DNA of 26,624 bases. Source: Promethearchaeota archaeon (GTDB lineage Archaea; Asgardarchaeota; Lokiarchaeia; Sigyniarchaeales; SOKP01). Position numbers and translations under genes: made by a program. Under the pieces are notes generated by a model. The model had not been told where the DNA came from and did not search any database. It saw only the letters and a program-made list of their open reading frames with translations. Of the stretch, positions 8,199 through 17,713 are shown in pieces. The stretch is from the NCBI GenBank assembly GCA_048938445.1, contig JBHLME010000058.1, forward strand, positions 1 through 26,624, read 5' to 3'. Position 1 is the stretch's first letter. The number at the start of each line of letters is the position of its first letter.

Positions 8199-9143
8199 TT
8201 AAGGTATATGATATTGTAAAAAATAACCTACTATAACATTTATTGCTTCAAAGATTACATAAATAAAAAATAGTAAGATAAAAATCATTATTCTAACTTG
8301 TTTTTTATATTGTCCGATTTTTTTACGATGTTCTAAATCAATAATTAAAGCAAAACCAATAAAACTCATGAATAAAAGTTGAGCCGTTTGAGATAACTGC
8401 CACGTGATGTGAAAGAACCGCATCACTAAATCAGTTCCACCTGTCCCTGACCAGTTTTGAATCATTTTAAACGTGTATTCCGGAAAAATTAAATACGGAA
8501 TGCACAAAACGATTATAGGTAAAAAATAATAAACTAATTCTTTTATTTTTATTTTCTTGCCTAAAAGTAAAACAAAAAGAAAAATCATTACTAAAATTTT
8601 ATATGCTGCAAATGAGAAAATAATACCCGCTAAAATTTTTTTTTCTTTTTTTAATTGAACCATTGATTCGAAAAGAAGGAGCAAAATTAACCAATTATTA
8701 TTGTTTAATGTAGCGTCTGCTAAATATCCAATTATACTTAACAAGTAAAAAAGAAATTGATCATTTTTATCTTCTGTCAATTTATACATAGTTTTGGCTA
8801 TATATATTACGGTTATCAATCTTAAAGCATCATTAATATATACACCTATATAGGACGGTAAGATATAAATTGGAAAAAAGATAAAATATGAAAAATAAAG
8901 ATATGGCATATCAGAATCATAAAAGTTAACGATACCATTTTCCATCATGCCTTTTATTAAATGAAAATCGGCATCTCTTCCAAGTATTACGATAACTATT
9001 AAAGAATCATCCGGAAACTCATCAATATTGATGAAATAAAAGATTATTCTTTCAATTATCAAAATAATAGAAATTATAGCAATAACTATAATATAATAAA
9101 AATTTATTGGTTTATTTCTAATTTTTTCAACAAACATTTTCAA
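8199..9143 (-). CDS. GT87/DUF2029-like (GT-C fold) membrane glycosyltransferase
   Basis: Polytopic protein with an acidic first loop (RDADF), a Y-L-Y..F-P segment, NNNW and AGxxxxxAxYK, typical of lipid-phosphosugar-dependent GT-C enzymes. TTG start, or ATG at 9137. Confidence 0.65.
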   Translation of the reverse strand: MKMFVEKIRNKPINFYYIIVIAIISIILIIERIIFYFINIDEFPDDSLIVIVILGRDADFHLIKGMMENGIVNFYDSDMPYLYFSYFIFFPIYILPSYIGVYINDALRLITVIYIAKTMYKLTEDKNDQFLFYLLSIIGYLADATLNNNNWLILLLLFESMVQLKKEKKILAGIIFSFAAYKILVMIFLFVLLLGKKIKIKELVYYFLPIIVLCIPYLIFPEYTFKMIQNWSGTGGTDLVMRFFHITWQLSQTAQLLFMSFIGFALIIDLEHRKKIGQYKKQVRIMIFILLFFIYVIFEAINVIVGYFLQYHIP

Positions 9144-9385
9144 TTTATTTCAATTTTTGGATTGTTTTAAACTAATATTACTTTAGATATATATTATATA
9201 TGATAAAATTTTATAATTACTAATTAAGAATCTGTTATATGATTTTCTTGTCAAAATTTACTTGATAAGTATTATTGAATGAATCTAATTTGATTATAAA
9301 TTTGATTATGATAAAGGAGAAGAAATTTAAATTATCTATAAATATACAAAATAATTTACTAAATATTTTTTATTTATGATGATCT

Positions 9386-10177
9386 TTGAAATTAAGCATT
9401 ATTATACCTTGTTACAACGAAGAACAAACAATTAGACCATTATTAGCCTCTCTTTTCTCTGTAAAATTTCCAGTTGAGCGTGAAATTATAGTTGTAGATG
9501 ATGGTTCACATAAAAATCACAAAGAATTCTTGGATCAAGAGATTAAATTAAATCAAATTAAATTTATTCGTTTGCCAAGAAATCAAGGAAAAGGCATTGC
9601 GATAAGAATTGGATTAAAATATGCCACAGGGGATGTATTTATAATACAAGATGCGGATTTTGAATATTTTCCCGAAGATATACCATTGTTATTGCAACCT
9701 ATCTTGAATAAAGAAACTAAAGTAGTGTATGGGACAAGATTTGCTGTAAAACCCGAACAAATGGCCAAGTCTCATTATAAAGCTAATCAATTATTAACAA
9801 ATATAACTAATTTCATCTACAAAACAAATTTAACAGATATGGAAACTGGTTACAAACTATTTACTAAAGAAGTTTTTGATAAAATATCACTCACAACACG
9901 TGAATTTGAATTTGAACCAGAAATTACCGCTCAAATTGTAATGAATGGATATTTAATTAAAGAAATTCCAATTAAATACCAATATCGCATGTTTGGAGCG
10001 GCTAAAATAAATTGGCTTGACGGTGTGGAAGGATTACTTATTCTATTTAAATTTAGATATCTCCCAAATTCAAAACTTTTTCAACTTTTCTATAGGATTT
10101 ATAAATTTCACGTGAAAAAAATCATATTTAGATTGACAACCTTTATTGCTAAAGTAATTTACTTGCGTCGAATATGA
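9386..10177 (+). CDS. Glycosyltransferase family 2 (DPM1/polyprenol-phosphate glycosyltransferase-like)
   Basis: LSIIIPCYNEE, VVDDGS, NQGKG, QDADFEY, DMETGYK and FEFEPEI. Confidence 0.93.
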   Translation: MKLSIIIPCYNEEQTIRPLLASLFSVKFPVEREIIVVDDGSHKNHKEFLDQEIKLNQIKFIRLPRNQGKGIAIRIGLKYATGDVFIIQDADFEYFPEDIPLLLQPILNKETKVVYGTRFAVKPEQMAKSHYKANQLLTNITNFIYKTNLTDMETGYKLFTKEVFDKISLTTREFEFEPEITAQIVMNGYLIKEIPIKYQYRMFGAAKINWLDGVEGLLILFKFRYLPNSKLFQLFYRIYKFHVKKIIFRLTTFIAKVIYLRRI

Positions 10178-10347
10178 TTCAACTATCAATCTCTTTCAAG
10201 TTTTTCTTTTTTTAATTCAACAGTATGATAGACATCATTGATGTATTGTTTTTTCAAAAATACATAAATTATAAATATTTAACATTTTGATATAACATAT
10301 CTTTGTATATTTTTTTTTAAAGAAATAGATTCTCCAACCTTTTAAAA

Positions 10348-11976
10348 ATGAAACCACTAATAAAGCGAACATTAATTGGTTTTTCGACCATTATAACCAT
10401 TATTTTGATAGCTATTGTGCTTTTATTTATCAATATTAACAGTATCATTGATTATTTAAAAGCAATTTCAATTTTTGGACTTGTATTATTTTTTTTAATC
10501 TATACTGGCGTTTTTATAATGCGTACAATACGATTAAAAATAATCTTCCAAGGACTTAATCTCGAAACTTCTTTTTATAATTTATATGGATCATATGGTA
10601 TTGGTTGGATTGTAAATGAGTTAATTCCCTTTAAATTTGGAGATTTAGTGAGAATGGAAGTAATTCGTCAAAAAGAAAAACATGCTACTTTAAGTAAAAG
10701 TTTAAGTGGTGTGGGAATTGAAAGAGTGCTTGATTTATTGATATTATTTTCTGTTACTTGTATTTCGTTATTCATAATGTATTTTTTAGGTATTCAAGGA
10801 ACTTCTAAATTAAACCTGGACTTAATCATATTTATTTTTGCAATAATTTTATTAGGTGGTGCAATATTCTTAATATTTCTTTTTCTTAGAACCGATTGGA
10901 TATTAAACATTATTGGAAAAATATCTCCAAGATTGAGCACTCTTTTAGAAGGTTTTTTAAGAAATTTCATTAAAGGTATAAATGAATTTCGTCAAAATAA
11001 GAGAAAAATGATAGAAATTGTTTTATTAAGTCTACCCACTTGGTTTTTTGAAACTTTCACGTTAATCATTATATTTTATTCAAATGGATATGCTATTAAT
11101 GTAATAATAATTATTATCGCTCAAATAATTTTATTCTTTTCTAAAACGCTCCCCATAACACCTGGCGGGTGGTTAGTGTCAGAACCCCTTGCAACCACCT
11201 TTATCTTTCTTTTCTATCCTTCTATTTTATACGAGACTATATTTGGACTCGTAATTTTAGATCATGGTCTTCGATTAATTTATATTTTAATATATGGAAT
11301 AATCTCTTCATTATTACTTAATTTTAAATATAGATCTATCAATTTAAGTCAGTATAAGACTAAAAGAGATAAAAAAAGAAGAGAGGAAAGCGTTACAAGA
11401 GGTTTTGGATTATTAGAAAAGTTTTTTTCAATACAAAGAATGAAAATAGCACAAAAACTAATTAAAAAACATGATAAAAAAGGAACAATATTAGATATTG
11501 GCTGTGGAATGTATCCGTTTTTTCTTATGAATGCTGATTTCGAAGAAAAATTTGGTATTGACCAAGAAATTGAAGATAGGAAGATCAAAACTCACAATTT
11601 AATATTAAAAAACCATAATGTATGCGAAGATTTAGATTTACCTTTTGAGAATGATTCTTTCGACGTGATTACAATGTTAGCTGTGCTTGAACACTTGGAG
11701 AAAGACCAAGTTTCCCGGATATTGACTAAATGCTATGATTTATTGAAAAAAGATGGAATATTAATTATAACTACTCCTGCCCATTGGAGTGATTTATTAT
11801 TAAAAATAATGGCTAAAGTACATTTAGTTAGTCCCGAAGAAATTGAAGAACATAAACAGGCTTTTAGAATGGTCGAATTAAACGATCTCATCAATTATTC
11901 AAACTTCAAGCAAGAGAGTGTCCAGAAAGGATATTTCGAAATATTCCTGAATATGTGGATGTGCGCAAAAAAATGA
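10348..11976 (+). CDS. UPF0104 flippase-like domain fused to a class I SAM-dependent methyltransferase
   Basis: Residues 1-~330: NELIPFKFGDLVR, ERVLD, PITPGGWLVSE. Residues ~349-542: ILDIGCG, LPFENDSFDVITMLAVLEHL, LKKDGILIITTP. Confidence 0.88.
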   Translation: MKPLIKRTLIGFSTIITIILIAIVLLFININSIIDYLKAISIFGLVLFFLIYTGVFIMRTIRLKIIFQGLNLETSFYNLYGSYGIGWIVNELIPFKFGDLVRMEVIRQKEKHATLSKSLSGVGIERVLDLLILFSVTCISLFIMYFLGIQGTSKLNLDLIIFIFAIILLGGAIFLIFLFLRTDWILNIIGKISPRLSTLLEGFLRNFIKGINEFRQNKRKMIEIVLLSLPTWFFETFTLIIIFYSNGYAINVIIIIIAQIILFFSKTLPITPGGWLVSEPLATTFIFLFYPSILYETIFGLVILDHGLRLIYILIYGIISSLLLNFKYRSINLSQYKTKRDKKRREESVTRGFGLLEKFFSIQRMKIAQKLIKKHDKKGTILDIGCGMYPFFLMNADFEEKFGIDQEIEDRKIKTHNLILKNHNVCEDLDLPFENDSFDVITMLAVLEHLEKDQVSRILTKCYDLLKKDGILIITTPAHWSDLLLKIMAKVHLVSPEEIEEHKQAFRMVELNDLINYSNFKQESVQKGYFEIFLNMWMCAKK

Positions 11977-12182
11977 GACTATTTCTTTTTTTTAAAATCT
12001 GTATAATACTCGAATTAAATTAAAAATATAGACCCAATTAAACAAGAGAATTAAAATGATGACAACTTCTATAGTGAATTTTAATGATCTCTTCATCAAA
12101 TAACCATAGGTTATTGGTTCATCTTTAAATTGAGGAATTTTATTTTTTCGAGTCATTAATATTCACTCAGAAATCATTCCTA

Positions 12183-12980
12183 TTAAAATTTATATTCTTT
12201 GTACACTTCTTCCACGGTATAATTTTTATGAACTATTTTAGCAATAGCACTAACAATTAATGTTGGGTCTTCTGCTTGAAAAACGTTTCTTCCAAAAGCA
12301 ACGCCCGATCCTCCGGCTTGTATGGAATCATATACCATTTGAAGTAATTCTCTTGTGGTGTCCATTTTAGGACCACCTGCTATGATAACAGGAATATGAG
12401 CTCCTTTCACGATTTCTTTAAAACTATCAATATCTCCTGTATAATTAGTTTTTACAATGTCTGCTCCTAATTCCGCTCCCGCTCTTGTAGCGATATTGAC
12501 TACTTCTGGCTCATGCTCGTTTTTAATTTTTGTTCCTCTTGGATACATCATTGCAAGTAATGGCATGCCCCACTCTCTACATTTTTCAACGACCTTCTGA
12601 GCATCTTGGAGCATTTCAGGCTCCTCATCTGCTCCAATGTTGATATGAATTGAAACACCATCAGCACCTATTTTTAAAGCTCTTTCAACAGAACAAACAA
12701 GAACCTTCCGATTTGGATTGATATTAAGATTCGTTGCGCCTGATAGATGAATAATGAGTCCAATATCTTTTCCACTTTCTCTATGGCCTGCACCAACCAT
12801 TCCAGAATGCATTAAAACCGCGTTAGCACCCCCTAAGGCAACATTATCAACCATTTTAGCCATGTCTTCAAGACCTTTTATGGTTCCAACTGTTAGTCCA
12901 TGATCCATTGGAATAACAATAGTTCTCTTGCTATCACGGTTCATTATGCGTTGCATTCTGATACTCTTTCCAATATCCAA
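12183..12980 (-). CDS. aroA': 2-amino-3,7-dideoxy-D-threo-hept-6-ulosonate (ADH) synthase, DhnA-type class I aldolase
   Basis: [37 protein letters not shown] (Schiff-base Lys), AGGPK and GRNVFQ. A fructose-bisphosphate aldolase function is not excluded. Confidence 0.8.
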   Translation of the reverse strand: MDIGKSIRMQRIMNRDSKRTIVIPMDHGLTVGTIKGLEDMAKMVDNVALGGANAVLMHSGMVGAGHRESGKDIGLIIHLSGATNLNINPNRKVLVCSVERALKIGADGVSIHINIGADEEPEMLQDAQKVVEKCREWGMPLLAMMYPRGTKIKNEHEPEVVNIATRAGAELGADIVKTNYTGDIDSFKEIVKGAHIPVIIAGGPKMDTTRELLQMVYDSIQAGGSGVAFGRNVFQAEDPTLIVSAIAKIVHKNYTVEEVYKEYKF

Positions 12981-13191
12981 TTTATTTCACTTCTTTTATA
13001 TTCAATTAAATATTAGATATTATTTTCTAAATTAATTTGTTAAATATTCTACAAATTATTTACTTTTGGATTTATATTAAAATAAACTGATCATGAATAT
13101 TTCATTATATTTTATAGCTTTAATAACATTAATAACATATATTACAATTTTAAATCTATCAAAATTCCTAATTTGTATGGATTAGAGTTCT

Positions 13192-14763
13192 TTGAATTAC
13201 TCGACAGATGTTTTAATCATCGGATCTGGGATTTCGGGTTTAAGTCTGGCAATTAAATTAGCAGAGTTGGATCCCAATTTGAATATCTTGATTATAACTA
13301 AAGAAAAAATAGATGATTGTAATACTTCTAATGCTCAAGGCGGAATTGCTTGTGTATGGAATAAAAATGATTCCTTTGAAAAACACATTCAAGATACATT
13401 AATTGCAGGAGACGAGCTCTGTGATGAAAATGTCGTCAGAAAGATCATTTCCCAAGCGCCTGATAGAATCAATGAATTAATCGATTTAGGAGTGGAATTT
13501 AATCGTGATCCTGATGGAAATTATGATTTAAGTAAGGAGGGAGGTCATTCAGAACGTAGAATTCTTCATGTAAATGATTTAACTGGTAAAAATATTGAAG
13601 AAAATCTTATTAAAAGAGTAAACGAATTTAATAATGTTGACATTAAAGAAAAATTTTGTGCTGTAAATCTTTTCTCAAAGAATTTAAAGTGTTATGGAGC
13701 ACATGTATTAGAACAAGAAACAGAAGAAATACATAATGTAGCATCAAAAGTCACGGTTCTTGCCGCCGGAGGTGCTGGAAAGATTTATTTGTATACTACA
13801 AATCCTGACGTTGCCTCTGGTGATGGTATTGCAATGGCCTATCGAGCTGGTACTACAATTGCTAACATGGAGTTTTATCAATTTCATCCAACTTGCTTAT
13901 ACCATCCTTTCGCAAAATCTTTCCTTATAACTGAGGCAATGAGAGGAGAAGGAGCGAGATTAAAGGATATAAGAGGTCGTTCATTCATGGAAAAGTATCA
14001 TCCTCTAAAAGAGTTAGCGCCTCGAGATGTAGTATCAAGAGCGATAGATGCAGAATTGAAAAAATCCGGAGATGATTACGTGTTATTGGATATTGCTTCT
14101 TATAGAGATAGCTCATTCATAAAAAGTCATTTTCCGGGGATTTATGAGGAATGCTTAAAATTTCATATTGACATTACGATTGATCCCATACCGGTTGTAC
14201 CTGCCGCCCATTATTGTTGTGGTGGTGTTGTTGCTGATATAAATGGATTAACAGATGTAAAAAATCTATACGTAATTGGAGAATCGGCGTGTACTGGATT
14301 GCATGGTGCTAATCGCTTGGCAAGTAATTCTTTATTAGAGGGGCTTGTTTGTGCTTATGAATGTGCAAAACTTCTTTCAAATAAGATAAAAGATTTGAAG
14401 ATAAAGGAATTTAAAGAATGGGAACCGGGTAATGCAGTTCCCTCCACAGAAGCCGTTATAATATCGCAAAATTGGGATGAGATCAGGAGATTCATGTGGA
14501 ATTATGTAGGAATAGTCAGAACGGATAAACGATTAGAGCGAGCTAAAAAAAGAATCAATTTATTGCTGGATGAGATTAATAAGTATTACTGGGACTTTAA
14601 AATTGAAAAAAACTTAGTTGAATTGAGAAATTTGGCAACGGTGGCTAAATTAATTATTGTTAGTGCAATCTCGAGGAAAGAAAGCAGAGGAATTCATTAT
14701 AATGTCGACCATCCAGAAAAATCGAAATTAATTCGAAATACTATTATTAGAAAACCTTGGTAA
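13192..14763 (+). CDS. nadB: L-aspartate oxidase
   Basis: GSGISG FAD motif, AQGGIA, EGGHSERRILH, EFYQFHPT, TEAMRGEG, ELAPRDVV, HYCCGG and GLHGANRLASNSLLE. Confidence 0.95.
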   Translation: MNYSTDVLIIGSGISGLSLAIKLAELDPNLNILIITKEKIDDCNTSNAQGGIACVWNKNDSFEKHIQDTLIAGDELCDENVVRKIISQAPDRINELIDLGVEFNRDPDGNYDLSKEGGHSERRILHVNDLTGKNIEENLIKRVNEFNNVDIKEKFCAVNLFSKNLKCYGAHVLEQETEEIHNVASKVTVLAAGGAGKIYLYTTNPDVASGDGIAMAYRAGTTIANMEFYQFHPTCLYHPFAKSFLITEAMRGEGARLKDIRGRSFMEKYHPLKELAPRDVVSRAIDAELKKSGDDYVLLDIASYRDSSFIKSHFPGIYEECLKFHIDITIDPIPVVPAAHYCCGGVVADINGLTDVKNLYVIGESACTGLHGANRLASNSLLEGLVCAYECAKLLSNKIKDLKIKEFKEWEPGNAVPSTEAVIISQNWDEIRRFMWNYVGIVRTDKRLERAKKRINLLLDEINKYYWDFKIEKNLVELRNLATVAKLIIVSAISRKESRGIHYNVDHPEKSKLIRNTIIRKPW

Positions 14764-14872
14764 TATTAACTTCATAATGTATCAATGAATATACACTCCA
14801 ATTTGTAATAACTAAAATCTTTTATATAACTTCTTTTTTCTTGTTTATACAACTAAATATTTATAATTTGGA

Positions 14873-15493
14873 GTGATAATAATGGGTGCTATATTAGATT
14901 TTATTAGTATATTAACAACAAATATAGGAGCAGGAGTATTATTATTAATCTGTGGCGCGGTTTGGGTTTTGGATACTGTCTATGAAAACTCGAGACGTGA
15001 GGGATTTTTCAAGAAAAATGATGGCTGGAATTTTGACATGACAACTCTTTTAAAGGTATTATCAATTATTGCTTGTTGTTCTGGATTTATTTTCATACTA
15101 GTAGGAATATTAGGGTATTTCAATCCTAATATCACGAAGACTCTTACATGTACTTCTTTAATTATTATGGGTCTTTTAACAGTTTTAAAACCTGTTAATG
15201 ACCTACCTATTGCTAGCATTATAGGGTTTCTATCATCATCATTAGTAGCTTTGATAATAGCGTTAATTTTTTACTTTACTCCTTTAGAAGCAGCATCTAT
15301 AAGTTGGCAATGGGGTCTTGCCATTATAATAATCCTTGTAATCGTATTTATTGTAAGTGCTCTCATTGCTAATTTCTGGCTTATCGGTCCTAAATTCGTT
15401 TCAAAAATTGTATCTTACCCTTTTGTTTCTGTAATTGGAGCAGCTTATTGTTTCATTTTGGGTGGATTGGTTTTAGGAGGAATATATATTTAA
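14873..15493 (+). CDS. Hypothetical polytopic membrane protein
   Basis: 206 aa with about 6-7 hydrophobic segments. The ATG at 14882 may be the true start, with GGAGTG as Shine-Dalgarno. Confidence 0.8.
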   Translation: MIIMGAILDFISILTTNIGAGVLLLICGAVWVLDTVYENSRREGFFKKNDGWNFDMTTLLKVLSIIACCSGFIFILVGILGYFNPNITKTLTCTSLIIMGLLTVLKPVNDLPIASIIGFLSSSLVALIIALIFYFTPLEAASISWQWGLAIIIILVIVFIVSALIANFWLIGPKFVSKIVSYPFVSVIGAAYCFILGGLVLGGIYI

Positions 15494-15692
15494 AAAAAGA
15501 TTTTTTTCAATTTTTTTATTAATTTTTTCTATGAGAAATACCTTGATTAATAATCATTTAGATTATTATGTTTAAACAAATAGTTTATACTCTATTATTA
15601 ATTTATTATGATTAAAAAAAATAATAAAATTCATTTAATTTTTGAAGAACTCATACCAATTTCATCATTGCTCAATTAAGGTATTTAAAAAA

Positions 15693-16181
15693 ATGATTCA
15701 AAACAAAAATATTAAAAGGATACTAATCATTTGTACGGGAAATACTGCTAGAAGTCCTGCTGCTGAATATTTAGCTAAGTCTTATGGAGCTAAATACAAG
15801 GTTAATTTAAATTTTGACAGCGCAGGTTTTATAAACGCCTTTTCTTATATGCAACCCGAAAGTCAAGAATATCTTAATTCCAAGGGGATAGATCATTCGG
15901 ATTTTCAACCTAAAATAATTAATAAAGAATTATTAGAACGTCAAGATTTAATCATTACAATGGAAAATCACCATGTTAACCAAATAATTAGTAATTTTAA
16001 TGACATTAAAGATATAGAAAAAAAAACCTTTACTTTAAAATCCTTTAATGGGAGTAATGGTGACATTATAGATCCCTATTACACTAATAGGACAACTTAT
16101 TTAAAGGTCTTGAAAGAAATTGATGATAATATAGAACAAATGGTTAAAAAAATAATTGAAATCAATAAATCAAGAAATTAA
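15693..16181 (+). CDS. Low-molecular-weight protein phosphatase (LMW-PTP/ArsC fold)
   Basis: P-loop ICTGNTARSPAAE, DSAG, DLIITM and general-acid DIIDPY. The ATG at 15693 is preferred over the TTG at 15642. Confidence 0.88.
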   Translation: MIQNKNIKRILIICTGNTARSPAAEYLAKSYGAKYKVNLNFDSAGFINAFSYMQPESQEYLNSKGIDHSDFQPKIINKELLERQDLIITMENHHVNQIISNFNDIKDIEKKTFTLKSFNGSNGDIIDPYYTNRTTYLKVLKEIDDNIEQMVKKIIEINKSRN

Positions 16182-16258
16182 AGAATCATTGTTTTTATTT
16201 ATATAAACTATTTTATGACCATAAAAATTTAAAAGTAAAATCTTAGATCATACTTTTA

Positions 16259-16804
16259 ATGGCACTTCAAAAAACTATTAATAATACCAATGTAGAAGTT
16301 TTCATTGGCAGTTTGACCGAAGTAGAATATGATGCCATAATAATCCCATCAAACACCCGACTCTTACCGAGTGGTGAATTAAGATGTGCAGTTTTAAGAG
16401 CCGCAGGACCTAAAGTACAACATGAATGCAATTTTTTAATAAATCACATAGGATTAATTCCAGACTGTACGGCAGTGGTGACTTCCGGTGGGAATTTAAA
16501 ATCTAAAAATATTATACATGTGGTTGGTCCTAAAATGGCAAGCAAACCAGAAGTTAATAAATTAATGCATGCTACTTGGAATTGCCTTAAAGTTGCTGAT
16601 GAAAAGGGATTTAAATCAGTTGGGATTTCTTCTCTCTCCAAACGCGTTTATCTTTTTACACCTAAAATTTGCGCAGAATTCATGATTCCGACTATTAATA
16701 AATTTGTTCGGGAACAAAACAATAATATAGAAAAGATCGCTATGGTTCTTGAAGATCAAGAAGATTATGATACTTTTTCTAAGAAATTTGAGGAATTTTT
16801 TTGA
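16259..16804 (+). CDS. Macro domain protein with a degenerate ADP-ribose site
   Basis: DAII..N..L, AVLRAAG, AVVTSGGNL and IIHVVGP match MacroD/YmdB-type proteins. Confidence 0.88.
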   Translation: MALQKTINNTNVEVFIGSLTEVEYDAIIIPSNTRLLPSGELRCAVLRAAGPKVQHECNFLINHIGLIPDCTAVVTSGGNLKSKNIIHVVGPKMASKPEVNKLMHATWNCLKVADEKGFKSVGISSLSKRVYLFTPKICAEFMIPTINKFVREQNNNIEKIAMVLEDQEDYDTFSKKFEEFF

Positions 16805-16942
16805 TTTTTTTTTGATTTTGAATTCAAATACTATAGTAAATTTGCGATTTGACAAGAATGTCCATTTACTTTAATGAAATTTTATATATATATCAAATAT
16901 TTTACTAAAACAGTGATTATTTTATGAAAATTTAAATTTTTA

Positions 16943-17476
16943 ATGGGGATTAAAATGAATATAGATGAACTTAATGAAACCATAAAAAATCCGTTATCTA
17001 ACATCAATCCACTCAAGGGATTAGAAATCATATCTGAATCATTCGTGTATAAAATTTACGATATCTTTGGAAGAAATAGTTTATTGTCTATGTTATATCA
17101 AGTAGGAACTGGACCTGGAGAGGAAATTTCTAAGAGAATTAAGGAAGTGTATCAAAAAGAAGAATTCGAAATATTTGAAGCATTAACTATCCTGATAAAT
17201 GAATTAAGAGAATTTCATTCAATTAAATTTAAAAGTATTGAAGAAGATGATGAAAAAATAAAAATAAAAATTCAAAATCATTGCTTTCTACGAGATACAT
17301 TTAAAAGAAGGGAAAAACTAAAACCAGGCAAAGCATTTTGTCGAATCAATAAGGGATATTTTGAAATAGCATTAAAAAACCTAATAGGGAATAAAGTTAA
17401 AAAAATTGACATTAATTTTATAGAAAATGATGAAGAAAATGACGTTTGTATTGAAGAATTATGTTTTTATAAATAA
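16943..17476 (+). CDS. V4R/HNOX-Bet3-fold-like protein
   Basis: LYQVG..PG helix, IQNHCF, FCRINKGYF and a terminal DVCIEEL, the three-Cys spacing seen in V4R-type domains. Confidence 0.6.
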   Translation: MGIKMNIDELNETIKNPLSNINPLKGLEIISESFVYKIYDIFGRNSLLSMLYQVGTGPGEEISKRIKEVYQKEEFEIFEALTILINELREFHSIKFKSIEEDDEKIKIKIQNHCFLRDTFKRREKLKPGKAFCRINKGYFEIALKNLIGNKVKKIDINFIENDEENDVCIEELCFYK

Positions 17477-17692
17477 GGATTTTTTTAAAAATGATTAAAT
17501 ATCTCTTTTTACATTAAAAGTAATGGAATTTTTAATTTAATTCTTGTTTTTCATTAAATTAAAAAAAAAAAATTATGTTTTTCATCAATGAAGTGATTGA
17601 ATTATAACTAATTAATTATCAAAAGCTTAAATTTAATGTCATATTTACCATCTTAATTATTTAAATTAATGTTTAAATTAATCATTAAATTT

Positions 17693-17713
17693 AAGGTTGA
17701 AAAAAAATGGCTG
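17693..17713 (+). promoter_or_regulatory. Shine-Dalgarno-like leader and start context, identical to 19051-19071
   Basis: aaggttgaaaaaaaatggctg occurs at both starts. Confidence 0.6.

Noticed and set aside
9287-9310. Tandem aatttgattat x2 in the GT87/GT2 divergent spacer
   Set aside because: Two short AT-rich copies with no other support, compatible with slippage.
4115-11588. Short minus-strand ORFs at 4115, 4930, 5520, 9583 and 11349
   Set aside because: They lie opposite well-supported genes and show no family signal.
14788-14803. Half-match (actccaatt) to the array palindrome upstream of the 206-aa membrane gene
   Set aside because: Only one arm matches and the spacing to the AT box differs from the four aligned copies.
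17620-17692. Repeated ttaaatt(t)aat units upstream of the dehydrogenase
   Set aside because: Pure A/T low complexity that cannot be told from background.
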